Of a DNA stretch of 64,000 bases, positions 17,911 through 27,979 are shown piece after piece. Both the position numbers and the translations under genes were made by a program. The first letter of the stretch is position 1; each line of letters begins with the position of its first letter. The notes beneath the pieces were generated by a model. The model saw nothing but the letters and a program-made list of their open reading frames with translations. It had not been told where the DNA came from and did not search any database. The stretch is from Bacteroidota bacterium (GTDB taxonomy: Bacteria; Bacteroidota; Bacteroidia; AKYH767-A; OLB10): contig JANXSD010000149.1 in NCBI GenBank assembly GCA_025352785.1, forward strand, positions 14,582 to 78,581, read 5' to 3'.

Positions 17911-18885
17911 TTACTCCGATAAATTTTCACGTTTTTCGATTAGATAATTATTACGTTCCATGCTATTGCGAGAAACAATTTCACTAACAAATCCCGCTAA
18001 GAACATTTGTGTTCCAAGAATCATGGATGTAAGTGCAATATAAAACGAAGGGCGATCAGCTAATAATCGCGCAGGAGTGTTATGAAAGGAAAGATAAAGT
18101 TTGCTTATTCCAAGCCAAATTGCCAGAATGAATCCTAACATGAAAAGCATTGATCCTAATGTCCCAAATAAGTGCATAGGTCGCTTTCCAAATCTAGAAA
18201 CAAACATGATTGATAATAAGTCGAGAAAGCCATTTATAAAACGCTCAAATCCAAATTTTGTAACACCGTATTTTCTTGCGCGATGTTCAACTACTTTTTC
18301 AGCAATTTTACTGAACCCTGCCCACTTTGCAATCACAGGTATATAACGATGCATTTCACCATAAACTTCAATACTTTTTACAACTTCTGAACGATAAGAT
18401 TTTAGTCCGCAATTGAAATCATGCAAATTATGAATCCCCGACATTTTTCGAGTTGCCCAATTAAAGAAACGACTCGGAATAGTTTTACTTATTGGGTCAT
18501 GACGTTTTTGTTTCCATCCAGAAATCAAATCAAAGCCATCTTTAACAATCAAATCATACAAACCAGGAATTTCATCAGGGCTATCTTGCATATCTGCATC
18601 CATAGTTATGATAACTCTTCCCAATGCAGCTTGAAAGCCTACCTGTAACGCTGCTGACTTCCCATAATTTCTTCTAAACTTTATACCTTTAATATTACTA
18701 TTTCTTTGACATAATTCTTCTATGACATTCCATGATTTATCTTTACTACCATCATCAATAAAAATTACTTCGTAACGATAATTATTTTTAATTACAACAC
18801 GTTCAATCCATGCAGAAAGTTCGGGCAGTGATTCATCTTCATTGAAGAGTGGAATAATAATCGATAGATCGTGGCTATAATTCAT
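17911..18885 (-). CDS. Glycosyltransferase family 2 (polyprenol-phosphate glycosyltransferase, ArnC/GtrB-like)
   Basis: IIPLFNE, IDDGSKD, RNYGKSAAL, MDADMQD and DFNCG motifs; two C-terminal TM helices. Confidence 0.92.
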   Translation of the reverse strand: MNYSHDLSIIIPLFNEDESLPELSAWIERVVIKNNYRYEVIFIDDGSKDKSWNVIEELCQRNSNIKGIKFRRNYGKSAALQVGFQAALGRVIITMDADMQDSPDEIPGLYDLIVKDGFDLISGWKQKRHDPISKTIPSRFFNWATRKMSGIHNLHDFNCGLKSYRSEVVKSIEVYGEMHRYIPVIAKWAGFSKIAEKVVEHRARKYGVTKFGFERFINGFLDLLSIMFVSRFGKRPMHLFGTLGSMLFMLGFILAIWLGISKLYLSFHNTPARLLADRPSFYIALTSMILGTQMFLAGFVSEIVSRNSMERNNYLIEKRENLSE

Positions 18886-19418
18886 CAGATAATTGTGGTA
18901 GGAGCATTTTTTCTTAGAAAAGCAGCTGTAATGAGTGATATGATTAATCCTCCAAATGTTTTATCCCAAAATTCTTGTGCAGAAATAGTTCCTGTAGTGA
19001 TTTTTTCAATGTTTTCAACAGACGCATTATAGATAGCCTCGCCAAACATCGACTTCGATAATTGTTCTGTTTGCTCTAGATACATTAAACTTTCTTGTTT
19101 AAATCGCTCCACAATTTGTGCATCAATAATTGTAGCAAACGACCAAACCATTAATGCAAAAAGAAATGCACCGCCACTAGCGGTAAGAAATCCGATTCTG
19201 AATCCTTGCCAATAACTGATGAAGTTCATCCCTTCATGATCACGGTAATGTTTAGTGCCTAAAACAATAAAAACTATTGGAATCCAAACACCAACCCATG
19301 AAATCTGACCAAGAGGGTTAAATCCAGTATAGTAAAGCAATAGGAACATTGCAAAGCTCGCTAGTCCGCTCATCGCACCAAAATTCAGGGCGGTTTTTAA
19401 TATTGGAGGTTGAATCAT
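18885..19418 (-). CDS. DUF4199-like membrane protein
   Basis: Four hydrophobic segments and an ISYWQGFRIG motif; ATG 19418 follows TAAATTTG (19425-19432). Confidence 0.75.
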   Translation of the reverse strand: MIQPPILKTALNFGAMSGLASFAMFLLLYYTGFNPLGQISWVGVWIPIVFIVLGTKHYRDHEGMNFISYWQGFRIGFLTASGGAFLFALMVWSFATIIDAQIVERFKQESLMYLEQTEQLSKSMFGEAIYNASVENIEKITTGTISAQEFWDKTFGGLIISLITAAFLRKNAPTTII

Positions 19419-19530
19419 AGCGCGCAAATTTAGTCGAAAATTAGGCTCGTTCGATCAAGATTTTATACCATTTTTATTTGAAAACAGAAAGGATTTGAAA
19501 TTTATAATCCAGACTATAAAGCACAAAAAA

Positions 19531-19628
19531 TGGGTAAGCTACTTATATCGCACCGCTCAACCACTTATCCTTGCTACCTTCCGGTCCTGGGGAGGTTCAT
19601 AGGAGCTGGTCGTATAAGACTTACCCAC
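19531..19628 (-). ncRNA. ffs: Signal recognition particle RNA (small bacterial SRP, 4.5S)
   Basis: Minus strand contains the CAGGACCGGAAGGTAGCA domain-IV motif, closed by terminal pairing TGGGTAAG/CTTACCCA. Confidence 0.95.
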
Positions 19629-19630
19629 TG

Positions 19631-19638
19631 CAAATATA
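19631..19638 (-). promoter_or_regulatory. Sigma-A -7 element for ffs
   Basis: TATATTTG directly upstream of the SRP RNA. Confidence 0.7.
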
Positions 19639-19763
19639 AGTATATGGCTTTAGATTTGAAGCTAACTTCTATAGAAAAAATACTTTAAGCATTAATGTAT
19701 TGACTTTTAGCGTATTTATAAAATTGATTTACTATTTGATCTTTTATTAGAGGCAAGAATTTA

Positions 19764-19771
19764 TAGCTTTG
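19764..19771 (+). promoter_or_regulatory. Sigma-A -7 element for the transaldolase gene
   Basis: TAGCTTTG, 32 nt before ATG 19804. Confidence 0.6.
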
Positions 19772-19803
19772 CAACTGAATACTTCTTCTTAAAACTTACC
19801 CCT

Positions 19804-20454
19804 ATGAAATTCTTTATTGATACTGCAAACCTTGATCAGATTCGTGAAGCGAATGATCTTGGAGTTCTTGATGGCGTTACAACAAATCCTTCTCTTATGG
19901 CTAAAGAAGGAATACGCGGTCAGAATAATATTTTAAAACACTATGTCGATATTTGTAATATCGTAGAAGGTGACGTAAGTGCCGAGGTGATTGCTGTGGA
20001 TTTCGAAGGCATGATTCGAGAAGGTGAATTGCTTGCGGAATTGCACCCTCAAATTGTCGTGAAAATTCCAATGATAAAAGATGGAATTAAAGCGATCAAA
20101 TATTTTTCGAATAAAGGAATTAAAACAAATTGCACTCTTGTTTTTTCTCCCGGTCAAGCGTTATTAGCAGCAAAAGCGGGAGCAACTTATGTTTCACCAT
20201 TTTTAGGACGATTAGATGATGTATCTACTGATGGTATTGCATTGATAGAACAAATTGTATTTATTTATAATAATTATGAATTCGAAACGCAAGTATTAGC
20301 AGCCTCTATCCGCGGACCATTACACATTATCAAATGTGCTGAAGTGGGCGCAGATGTTGCAACGTGTCCATTACAATCGATTTTAGATTTGTTAAAACAT
20401 CCATTAACGGATAGCGGTTTAGCAAAGTTCCTTTCAGATGCGGCTAAAGTTTAA
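19804..20454 (+). CDS. fsa: Transaldolase / fructose-6-phosphate aldolase family (short type)
   Basis: [20 protein letters not shown] (Schiff-base Lys), [11 protein letters not shown] and LAASIR motifs. Confidence 0.93.
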   Translation: MKFFIDTANLDQIREANDLGVLDGVTTNPSLMAKEGIRGQNNILKHYVDICNIVEGDVSAEVIAVDFEGMIREGELLAELHPQIVVKIPMIKDGIKAIKYFSNKGIKTNCTLVFSPGQALLAAKAGATYVSPFLGRLDDVSTDGIALIEQIVFIYNNYEFETQVLAASIRGPLHIIKCAEVGADVATCPLQSILDLLKHPLTDSGLAKFLSDAAKV

Positions 20455-20475
20455 AAAAATCATTGGAGCATATTT

Positions 20476-20507
20476 AAAGGCTATTTCCATTGGGGATAGC
20501 CTTTTTT
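20476..20507 (+). terminator. Intrinsic terminator after the transaldolase gene
   Basis: aaaggctat...atagcc stem followed by tttttt. Confidence 0.8.
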
Positions 20508-20810
20508 GTGAACTGCAATTGAATATTTTATTTTGCATACCGAACACTAATACTTTTTGAACTTAGGCTAAATTTCGCTCTGATTTAATCCAATATTTTT
20601 GGTCTTTTCAATAGTACTTCATTAAAAAATTGTTCCATAGGCACAGCGATACATCGACTTTTTAAAAATTGTCTAGATAAAAAATCACTTCGTATTTTGG
20701 GGCAAAATAATAAATAGATTTGGTATTAAATCTATAAAATTCACACTTCGTTTTTATATAATTCTATATGGTGAGGTAATGACATATAATAATTGTTTAG
20801 TTTTATAGCG

Positions 20811-22592
20811 ATGCTTAGGAAGAAAATCACTGCCTTGCTTAATCGTTTTGCTCATTGGCGACTACGTCATATAGGTGATGATACTTTTTTGATTCTTGCA
20901 GCGGTTATAACAGGAATCATTACAAGTATTTGTGCTGTATTTTTAAAAATGTCGGTTAGTTATATTCAGAACTTGGTGCAGAAAGGTATTTTCGTGAATC
21001 AAGTGGAATGGATGTATCTTTTTTATCCGCTCATCGGAATTTTATTGTGCACTTTTTATGTTCAGATATTTTTGCATAGTGAACTTGGGAGAGGAACAGG
21101 TTTAGTCTTAGTTGCTATTAGAAAAAAATATGCAAATGTAGAGCGACATAAAATGTATTCACAAATGGTGAGTTCAATCTTGACTGTTGGATTTGGTGGA
21201 TCTGCTGGATTGGAAGCACCAATTGTAGTTACCGGTAGTGCTTACGGAAGTAGAATTGGAAATGCATTACGAATGACCTTGCGTGAGAAAACATTGTTGA
21301 TTGCATGTGGAGCGGCTGCTGGTATTTCTGCAATATTTAATTGCCCCATTGCAGGAGTGATATTTGCTATGGAAGTAATTTTAATACGAACAACTGTTCC
21401 AGCATTTATACCAATATTAATAGCTGCTGCAACATCATCATTAGTTTCGAAAATACTTTATTCTGGTCAACCTTTTTTTAGAATTACTGATGATTGGAAT
21501 GTTAATAGTACTCCATATTACATTGCCTTTGGATTGTTATGCGGACTACTTTCAGTTTATAACATCAGGATCTATTCGAAATGTGAACAGTGGTTTGCAA
21601 AGATTAAAAAACCGTATGTTGCAAGTATTATTTGTGGTACCTTACTTGGCGTTCTTGTATTTGTTTTTCCTCCATTATATGGAGAGGGATATTCCAATAT
21701 TTTAGGAATACTTCATGGCGATTTAAAACAATTGTTTTTACAATCACCGATGAATGGAATGATTAATCAGCATTTTGAGTTGTTGCTTTTTGGTTCCGCA
21801 TTGGCATTAACAAAAGTATTTGCAACATCATTAACAATTGGAGGAGGAGGTAATGGTGGTATGTTTGGTTCTTCTCTTTATGCTGGCGCATTCTTGGGAT
21901 TAATATTTACGGAAATAATAAAATTATCGGGACTTGCAGAATTAAATTCGATTCACTTTATTGTTATTGGAATGGCAGGTTTGCTTAGTGGAGTAATTCA
22001 CGCACCATTAACTGCAATATTTTTGATAGCTGAAATAACTGGCGGATATACTTTATTTATTCCATTAATGATTGTCTCGGCCTTATCGTATTTCATTACA
22101 AAATATTTCGAACCTTATTCTATTTATACTCGAAAATTAGCTAAACATGGATTATTAGTTTTGAATAATCCTGATCAAGATGTGTTGAACCATATTAGTT
22201 TAAAAAAACTTGTTGAAAATGATTTCGCTTCTGTTTCATTGAATGGAAAATTGGCTGAACTAATTGAAAAAATAGGCACTTCAAAACGTAATTTATTTCC
22301 TGTTTTAGATGATGAAGGTCAACTTCATGGTGTAATTGTTTTAGATGATATTCGTTCCATGATGTTTGATCAAAGCAAATATACTACCGTCGAAATTTCA
22401 GATATTATGATACGACCACCTGCAATTCTGGATATAGATGAAAATATGTCTTCAGTAATGCAAAAATTTGAATCTACAGAGGCATGGAACCTTCCTGTTA
22501 TAAAGGAAAATAAATATATCGGTTTTGTCTCAAAATCTAATATTTTTAACCGTTATAGGTCTCAATTAATAGAAGACCTCTCTAAAGAATAA
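20811..22592 (+). CDS. ClC chloride channel/transporter with two CBS domains
   Basis: GGSAGLEAP, GAAAGISAIFNCPIAG, GGMFG, HAPLTAI and SIY motifs; C-terminal CBS pair. Confidence 0.93.
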   Translation: MLRKKITALLNRFAHWRLRHIGDDTFLILAAVITGIITSICAVFLKMSVSYIQNLVQKGIFVNQVEWMYLFYPLIGILLCTFYVQIFLHSELGRGTGLVLVAIRKKYANVERHKMYSQMVSSILTVGFGGSAGLEAPIVVTGSAYGSRIGNALRMTLREKTLLIACGAAAGISAIFNCPIAGVIFAMEVILIRTTVPAFIPILIAAATSSLVSKILYSGQPFFRITDDWNVNSTPYYIAFGLLCGLLSVYNIRIYSKCEQWFAKIKKPYVASIICGTLLGVLVFVFPPLYGEGYSNILGILHGDLKQLFLQSPMNGMINQHFELLLFGSALALTKVFATSLTIGGGGNGGMFGSSLYAGAFLGLIFTEIIKLSGLAELNSIHFIVIGMAGLLSGVIHAPLTAIFLIAEITGGYTLFIPLMIVSALSYFITKYFEPYSIYTRKLAKHGLLVLNNPDQDVLNHISLKKLVENDFASVSLNGKLAELIEKIGTSKRNLFPVLDDEGQLHGVIVLDDIRSMMFDQSKYTTVEISDIMIRPPAILDIDENMSSVMQKFESTEAWNLPVIKENKYIGFVSKSNIFNRYRSQLIEDLSKE

Positions 22593-22610
22593 TTTACCAA
22601 TTTAAATAAT

Positions 22611-23045
22611 ATGACAAAAATACATTGCGCAAAAACTGAGCAAGATATCTTAAAGTGTACTCCAGTTATGAGTGCATTGCGACCGCAATTAAATATAGAA
22701 AATATTTTGCCTATCATTACTGGTATGATGAGTCGTGGTTACAATTTAATTTATATTATGGATAATGACATTGTCGTTGCAGCATCTGGATATCGATTTT
22801 CAGAGCATTTAGCGTGGGGGAAAGCAATATATATTGATGATTTAATCACATTGCCTGATTCGAGAAAATTAGGTAATGCAAGATTGTTATTGGATTACAT
22901 TTTTGAAGAAGCGCGTATCCATCATTGTGCACAAGTTCATTTAGACTCTGGTTGCATCCCTGCTCGATATGACGCACATCGCTTGTATCTTCGTTATGGA
23001 TTTAATATTACAAGTCATCATTTTGCGAGGAATGTAACTTCCTAA
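22611..23045 (+). CDS. GNAT family N-acetyltransferase
   Basis: YIDDLITLPDSRKLG, VHLDSG and AHRLY motifs. Confidence 0.9.
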   Translation: MTKIHCAKTEQDILKCTPVMSALRPQLNIENILPIITGMMSRGYNLIYIMDNDIVVAASGYRFSEHLAWGKAIYIDDLITLPDSRKLGNARLLLDYIFEEARIHHCAQVHLDSGCIPARYDAHRLYLRYGFNITSHHFARNVTS

Positions 23046-23047
23046 AA

Positions 23048-23950
23048 TCATTTCACACTTTCAATAATTTGATTATAAATTGTCATAGATTTCTCTTCTG
23101 TTATCAATTGAAAATTACCTTGATGACGAAACCAAGTTAGTTGCCTTTTAGCATAATTCCTCGTATGTTGTTTGACAAGGTCAATCGCTTCATCCAGTGA
23201 GTTTATTCCATCGAGATGTTCGAAAAGTTCTTTGTACCCTACCGTATGAAGTGCGGAATGTTGTCGATATGGAATCAACGATTTTACTTCTTCTAGGAAA
23301 CCTTGATCTATCATACGATCCACTCGTTTGTTGATTCGATGGTATAATTTATCGCGAGTGAAATCAATTGCAAATGATGATATAGAATAAGAATTTATTT
23401 TCTCCTTCTTTCCAAGATAAAATGAATAAGGATTACCCGTTGTTCTATAAATCTCCAAAGCTCTAATCACGCGTTGATGATTTTGTTGATCAACTTTTTC
23501 AAAATAGAATTGATCATTTTTTTTTAATTCATCAAGTAAAGGTAGGAGGCCATGGGTTTTAAATTCAGCTTTTAATGCTTGGCGATGATGGTCATCAACT
23601 TTTGGTAAATTATCTAAACCATATAAAAGAGCATTAATATATAATCCTGAACCACCAACTAAAATGACAACGTCTTTCTTTTGAAATAAATCATTTAATA
23701 TTTCTTGTGCGGCAATCGAATATGTTCCAGCATTGAGGTGTTCATTTATAGAATGACTATTAATAAAATGATGTTTAGCGAGCGACAACTCTACTTCCGT
23801 TGGTTTCGCTGTTCCTATAGTTAGTTCTTTATAAAACTGTCTAGAGTCAGCAGAAATAATTTCTGTATTAAAATAAATAGCAAGTTGAATGGCTAGAGCT
23901 GTTTTTCCAGATGCAGTAGGACCACCAATTACAATTAATTTTTTCTGCAT
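23048..23950 (-). CDS. miaA: tRNA dimethylallyltransferase
   Basis: GPTASGKT, ISADSRQ, IGTAKP, VGGSGLY and TRNYAKRQLTWF motifs. Confidence 0.97.
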   Translation of the reverse strand: MQKKLIVIGGPTASGKTALAIQLAIYFNTEIISADSRQFYKELTIGTAKPTEVELSLAKHHFINSHSINEHLNAGTYSIAAQEILNDLFQKKDVVILVGGSGLYINALLYGLDNLPKVDDHHRQALKAEFKTHGLLPLLDELKKNDQFYFEKVDQQNHQRVIRALEIYRTTGNPYSFYLGKKEKINSYSISSFAIDFTRDKLYHRINKRVDRMIDQGFLEEVKSLIPYRQHSALHTVGYKELFEHLDGINSLDEAIDLVKQHTRNYAKRQLTWFRHQGNFQLITEEKSMTIYNQIIESVK

Positions 23951-23962
23951 AATTATTTCAAT

Positions 23963-23993
23963 AAAAAAACCACAATTTTTATTTGTGGTTTTT
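23963..23993 (-). terminator. Intrinsic terminator-like hairpin between the 24021 ORF and miaA
   Basis: aaaaaccacaa/ttgtggttttt arms with T-tracts on both strands. Confidence 0.65.
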
Positions 23994-24020
23994 ATCTATC
24001 AATCAATACTATTGATTTAA

Positions 24021-24713
24021 TTAAAATTCTTCTTGTTTATCATCATCTCCTTCAGCGAAATCGGCTTCACTATCATCACCATCTTCAGGTAAAGCATCCT
24101 CTTCACCTTCTTCTCCCATCCCTGCTATTTCTTCTTCATCAACACCATCTTCGGGTTCATCCATCATATTATCGGAAACTTCATCTTCTTCATCGTTGTC
24201 AATCATATCAACAACTGCTGCTCCTTTTAATCCACCCATTAATAATTTATCGAGTTCGTTTTCTTCTGCTACAACATTTTTAGGTACGGATGTTATTTTA
24301 TATTGTTTCGGAGCTTCACCAACGGACTTAACGCAAACGGGATAATTTCTTGCGATATCTGCTTGCGGTAAAATTTTTACAAGTTCAATTCTAAAAAACC
24401 ATGATGAATCATAATCCGAATGGTAAATAATTTTTTGATGCGGATCTATAATATAAGTACTCAGTTTCGCATCTTTCATCAATGGTGTAATGACACCATC
24501 TTTATCAACACCTGCTTGCAAACTAATTTCTTGTCCTTTAATCCAGTATTCGTTACTGATAAAAAATGAAGCAGGTTTTGTTGAGTCAAATCCAACGCAT
24601 GATTGGATATTTAAATGTAACTCTTCAAAGGTTTGAGTGCTTTTTATTTCTATGTCGCGGATCACATCATCGTAATCTTCGAAGGAAATTCGGAATTTAA
24701 ATACTGTTGGCAT
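24021..24713 (-). CDS. pRiA4b ORF3-like ('IS1096 passenger TnpR family') protein with very acidic C-terminal tail
   Basis: RDIEIKSTQTFEELH...ASFFISN..W.KGQEI and YPVCVKSVGEAPKQY; D/E-rich tail. Confidence 0.7.
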   Translation of the reverse strand: MPTVFKFRISFEDYDDVIRDIEIKSTQTFEELHLNIQSCVGFDSTKPASFFISNEYWIKGQEISLQAGVDKDGVITPLMKDAKLSTYIIDPHQKIIYHSDYDSSWFFRIELVKILPQADIARNYPVCVKSVGEAPKQYKITSVPKNVVAEENELDKLLMGGLKGAAVVDMIDNDEEDEVSDNMMDEPEDGVDEEEIAGMGEEGEEDALPEDGDDSEADFAEGDDDKQEEF

Positions 24714-24766
24714 TTTTATTTATTATATTTACAAAGGTACACGCCCATATTTAAGGAGCAAAATTT

Positions 24767-26197
24767 TTAAGGAATAATAATTACAGGATTTAAGCCCATT
24801 TTGGCAGCTTTATCGATTAATAATTTACAGGCTTCGGTATATTCATTGGGAATTTCTCCGTCTAATATAGCTTCTCGAATTGCATTTTTCAATATTCCAA
24901 CTTCTCTACCTGGCTTTAAATCGAATACTTGCATTATAAATTCACCAGAAATTGGAGGCTGCCAATTACGTACTCTATCTTTTTCTTCAACTTCAATAAG
25001 TTTCTGCTGAACCAATTCGAAATTAGACCTGTATTTGCGCTGTTTAAATTCATTTTTAGTAGTAACATCAGCATGGCAAAGTTTCATCAAATCCTCAATT
25101 TCATCTCCAGCTTCAAATAATAATCTCCGTACAGCTGAATCCGTTACTTCATTTTTTGCCAATACGATAGGACGTAAATGTAATAATACTAATTTCTGAA
25201 CATATTTCATCTTTTCATTTAATGGCAACTTTAAATGACGAAAGATTGTGGGAACCATTCTCGCACCTTTCTCTTCATGGCCGTGAAATGTCCAGCCATG
25301 TTCAACTTCAAATCGTTTAGTCGCGGGCTTTGCTATATCGTGCAAAATTGCTGCCCAACGAAGCCATAAATTATTGGTGGTGGAGCATATATTATCAAGT
25401 ACTTCTAATGTATGATAGAAATTATCTTTATGACTTTTTCCATCTATAGTTTCTACTCCGTAAAGAAGAGTAAATTGAGGAAAAATCAAATGCAACAACC
25501 CTGTATCAAACAATAATTTAAAACCAATTGATGGCTTAAGAGAAAGTATAATTTTATTCAATTCATCACTTACTCTTTCCATACTTATGATCGATATACG
25601 AGCACATTGCGACTTGATTGCCTCTAATGAAGTCGCTTCAATAGTGAAATTTAATTGGGTTGCAAAACGGATTGCTCGCATCATTCTTAAAGGATCATCG
25701 GAATAAGTTATTTCTGGTTCCAATGGAGTTCGAATAATCCCATTTTTAAGATCTGATAAACCATTAAATGGATCTAGTAACATTCCATAATCATCAGCAT
25801 TCAAACTAATCGCTAGTGCATTAATAGTAAAATCTCGCCGTTTTTGATCATCATCAAGAGTCCCACTTATCACATCTGGCTTTCGTGAATCATTTCGATA
25901 AGATTCTTTTCGAGCACCAACAAATTCAATTTCATAATCCTCCAGCCTTATCATGGCCGTTCCGAAGTTTTTAAACACAGAAACATTAACAGCGTTTCCC
26001 AATCTTGCTGCTAACAAATTAGCCACTTTTATTCCATCACCAATTACAACAATGTCAATGTCTTTGCATGAGCGGTTTAGAAGTAAATCTCTAACAAAAC
26101 CACCAATTACATAAGACGCTACTTTTTCCTCTTTGCAAATAGTTGCAATTCTTTCAAAAACAGGATGTTCTAAATTAATTTGGATGCCAGTATTCAA
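24767..26197 (-). CDS. cca: CCA tRNA nucleotidyltransferase with HD domain
   Basis: GGFVRD...[24 protein letters not shown] and LHDIAKP motifs; TTG start. Confidence 0.93.
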   Translation of the reverse strand: MNTGIQINLEHPVFERIATICKEEKVASYVIGGFVRDLLLNRSCKDIDIVVIGDGIKVANLLAARLGNAVNVSVFKNFGTAMIRLEDYEIEFVGARKESYRNDSRKPDVISGTLDDDQKRRDFTINALAISLNADDYGMLLDPFNGLSDLKNGIIRTPLEPEITYSDDPLRMMRAIRFATQLNFTIEATSLEAIKSQCARISIISMERVSDELNKIILSLKPSIGFKLLFDTGLLHLIFPQFTLLYGVETIDGKSHKDNFYHTLEVLDNICSTTNNLWLRWAAILHDIAKPATKRFEVEHGWTFHGHEEKGARMVPTIFRHLKLPLNEKMKYVQKLVLLHLRPIVLAKNEVTDSAVRRLLFEAGDEIEDLMKLCHADVTTKNEFKQRKYRSNFELVQQKLIEVEEKDRVRNWQPPISGEFIMQVFDLKPGREVGILKNAIREAILDGEIPNEYTEACKLLIDKAAKMGLNPVIIIP

Positions 26198-26380
26198 TTT
26201 GAGTAAAATCTTTGTACTGCAAAGGTATTAAAAGCGAGGGCAGAGGCGAAAAGTATTCGAAGAAACTATATTTGATTAAAATGTTGTACTTTCATCTTAC
26301 GAAAAGTCAAATGTTTGTGATATTTCTCTTGTTTTACAAGTTCAATTCTCTGTAATTTAACAACATATAAAAATCAATTC

Positions 26381-26761
26381 ATGGAACAAAAATTAATTTA
26401 CGAACAACATACAGAGCATATCGAATGGCTCAACAAACTTGCTTTCTATAAAGATGATATTAAAATTTTAAGAGATCGTTTGTCGGAAGTTGCTTTAAAG
26501 AATACCAACACAGATATTCAAGCAAATGTGGAAAGTTTCGAAAATCAATTTATTGTTCAAAAAGAGCAAAATGATATTTTGCGTCATGATATAAAGCAAT
26601 ATGAAAATGTAATTGAAAAAATCATTAATGAAAATCCAATAGCATCTGATCACAAGAAGACGGATGATCAAGTTCGTTTGCGAGATTCAATAATGACCTA
26701 TGAAAAAATATTTGCTGAAATGCGTAAAGATCTTATCGATTTTTTAGCTAAGTGGATGTAG
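26381..26761 (+). CDS. Hypothetical helical-bundle protein
   Basis: 126-aa amphipathic helical ORF (HIEWLNKLAFYKDDI, FENQFIVQKE). Confidence 0.75.
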   Translation: MEQKLIYEQHTEHIEWLNKLAFYKDDIKILRDRLSEVALKNTNTDIQANVESFENQFIVQKEQNDILRHDIKQYENVIEKIINENPIASDHKKTDDQVRLRDSIMTYEKIFAEMRKDLIDFLAKWM

Positions 26762-26809
26762 TTTAAATTAATGCAAAAGATTAATTAGTTTTTAAATAGC
26801 TGTATTTGG

Positions 26810-26847
26810 TTACTAATTGCATCTTAATAGTAAGATGCAATTAGTAA
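26810..26847. terminator. Perfect 17-bp inverted repeat between convergent genes
   Basis: ttactaattgcatctta-atag-taagatgcaattagtaa. Confidence 0.7.
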
Positions 26848-26857
26848 TATTATAATT

Positions 26858-27850
26858 TCATTTTTTCTCTATCACTTTCACCACTGAAAAACCTTTAATT
26901 TCTTTTCCAATCTCAATAAATGTTTTCATGTTTAATGGGAATTCAAGAAATACATGAAGGAAACTTAAGAAGAATAAAAACTTCAATCCGCTATGGTAAT
27001 CATACGCATAAACGACAATGGAGAGTATCCACAATGTAAGTGTAGCAATTAAATAGCGTCGATCAACAAGATGCCATTTTATGATGGAGGTTTTGCTAAA
27101 CCAATTTAGATAATGATAGGTATATGCAAAGGCAATAAACCGCATCACTTTAAATCCTATTGACGATGTAAAAATTGGTTGTAATGATTGAGTATCGAAA
27201 CTTTTTAAATCTTTAAGGTTGGTAATGTTGATGAGGTAATGATTTACTACTGAGAAATCTTTATAAGTGTTTCTTACATAATCACCAACTTGATATGTTA
27301 ATGATTCTGGAACAAAAAAGAAGAAACTTAATGCGCATAGTACAAATACTATTAATGAAATTATCCCAGTACTACTTTTCGATTTTATGGCTCCATAGAA
27401 AATAAATGAACCCGTAAAAATAAATACATGAATAATTGTTGGCAAGAAGATTAAAAAGAACACTAAATAAAATGTGGAATTATTAAAAAATGAGGCTGAT
27501 ATAAAAATCAAGAGTATCGCAATTCCTTTTAAGTACCAATCTTTCATTAAATAAAATGCAAGGGCAGAAAACAACGCGAGGTATGGCGCAAACATCGAAA
27601 TTTTGTGAAATTGTCGGAAACCTAGATTGGCTAAAGTTGCAAATATGGCAAGTAATAGTAACCATAAAAAATCATATTTTCCTTTAACAAAATAATTGCG
27701 TTGATGTAGCCATGATATTTCTGTAAGATAATGCAATGGCCCTAATACCGCATAGGAAAACAGGAATAACTCGAAGGGAATAATGTAAGCCACAATACAG
27801 GAAATGAGCATTAATCCAATATTAAGCAAGTTAAGTTCCCTTCCGTTCAT
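26858..27850 (-). CDS. Hypothetical polytopic membrane protein with His motifs
   Basis: Many TM segments; GPLHYLTE, IIHVF, YHYLNWF and LHVFLEF motifs. Confidence 0.8.
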   Translation of the reverse strand: MNGRELNLLNIGLMLISCIVAYIIPFELFLFSYAVLGPLHYLTEISWLHQRNYFVKGKYDFLWLLLLAIFATLANLGFRQFHKISMFAPYLALFSALAFYLMKDWYLKGIAILLIFISASFFNNSTFYLVFFLIFLPTIIHVFIFTGSFIFYGAIKSKSSTGIISLIVFVLCALSFFFFVPESLTYQVGDYVRNTYKDFSVVNHYLINITNLKDLKSFDTQSLQPIFTSSIGFKVMRFIAFAYTYHYLNWFSKTSIIKWHLVDRRYLIATLTLWILSIVVYAYDYHSGLKFLFFLSFLHVFLEFPLNMKTFIEIGKEIKGFSVVKVIEKK

Positions 27851-27979
27851 TGTAATATTATTTATCGCTGAAAATTACAAAGAATCTCTATCGAAATATA
27901 TTTTCTGATTGATGTTTCTCTTTTTAATTATTCAAATACAAATTCTTACATTGCTTACCTTTACGGCAAAGTTTATTCT

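Noticed and set aside
20510-20810. Possible fluoride riboswitch upstream of the ClC gene
   Set aside because: No GGxGATGGxxTTCxCC-type consensus is visible, and the protein lacks CLC-F signatures (GNNLI, GREGT).
24021-24713. Insertion sequence suggested by the 'IS1096 passenger TnpR' family name
   Set aside because: No transposase, terminal inverted repeats or target duplication; the gene sits in a housekeeping context.
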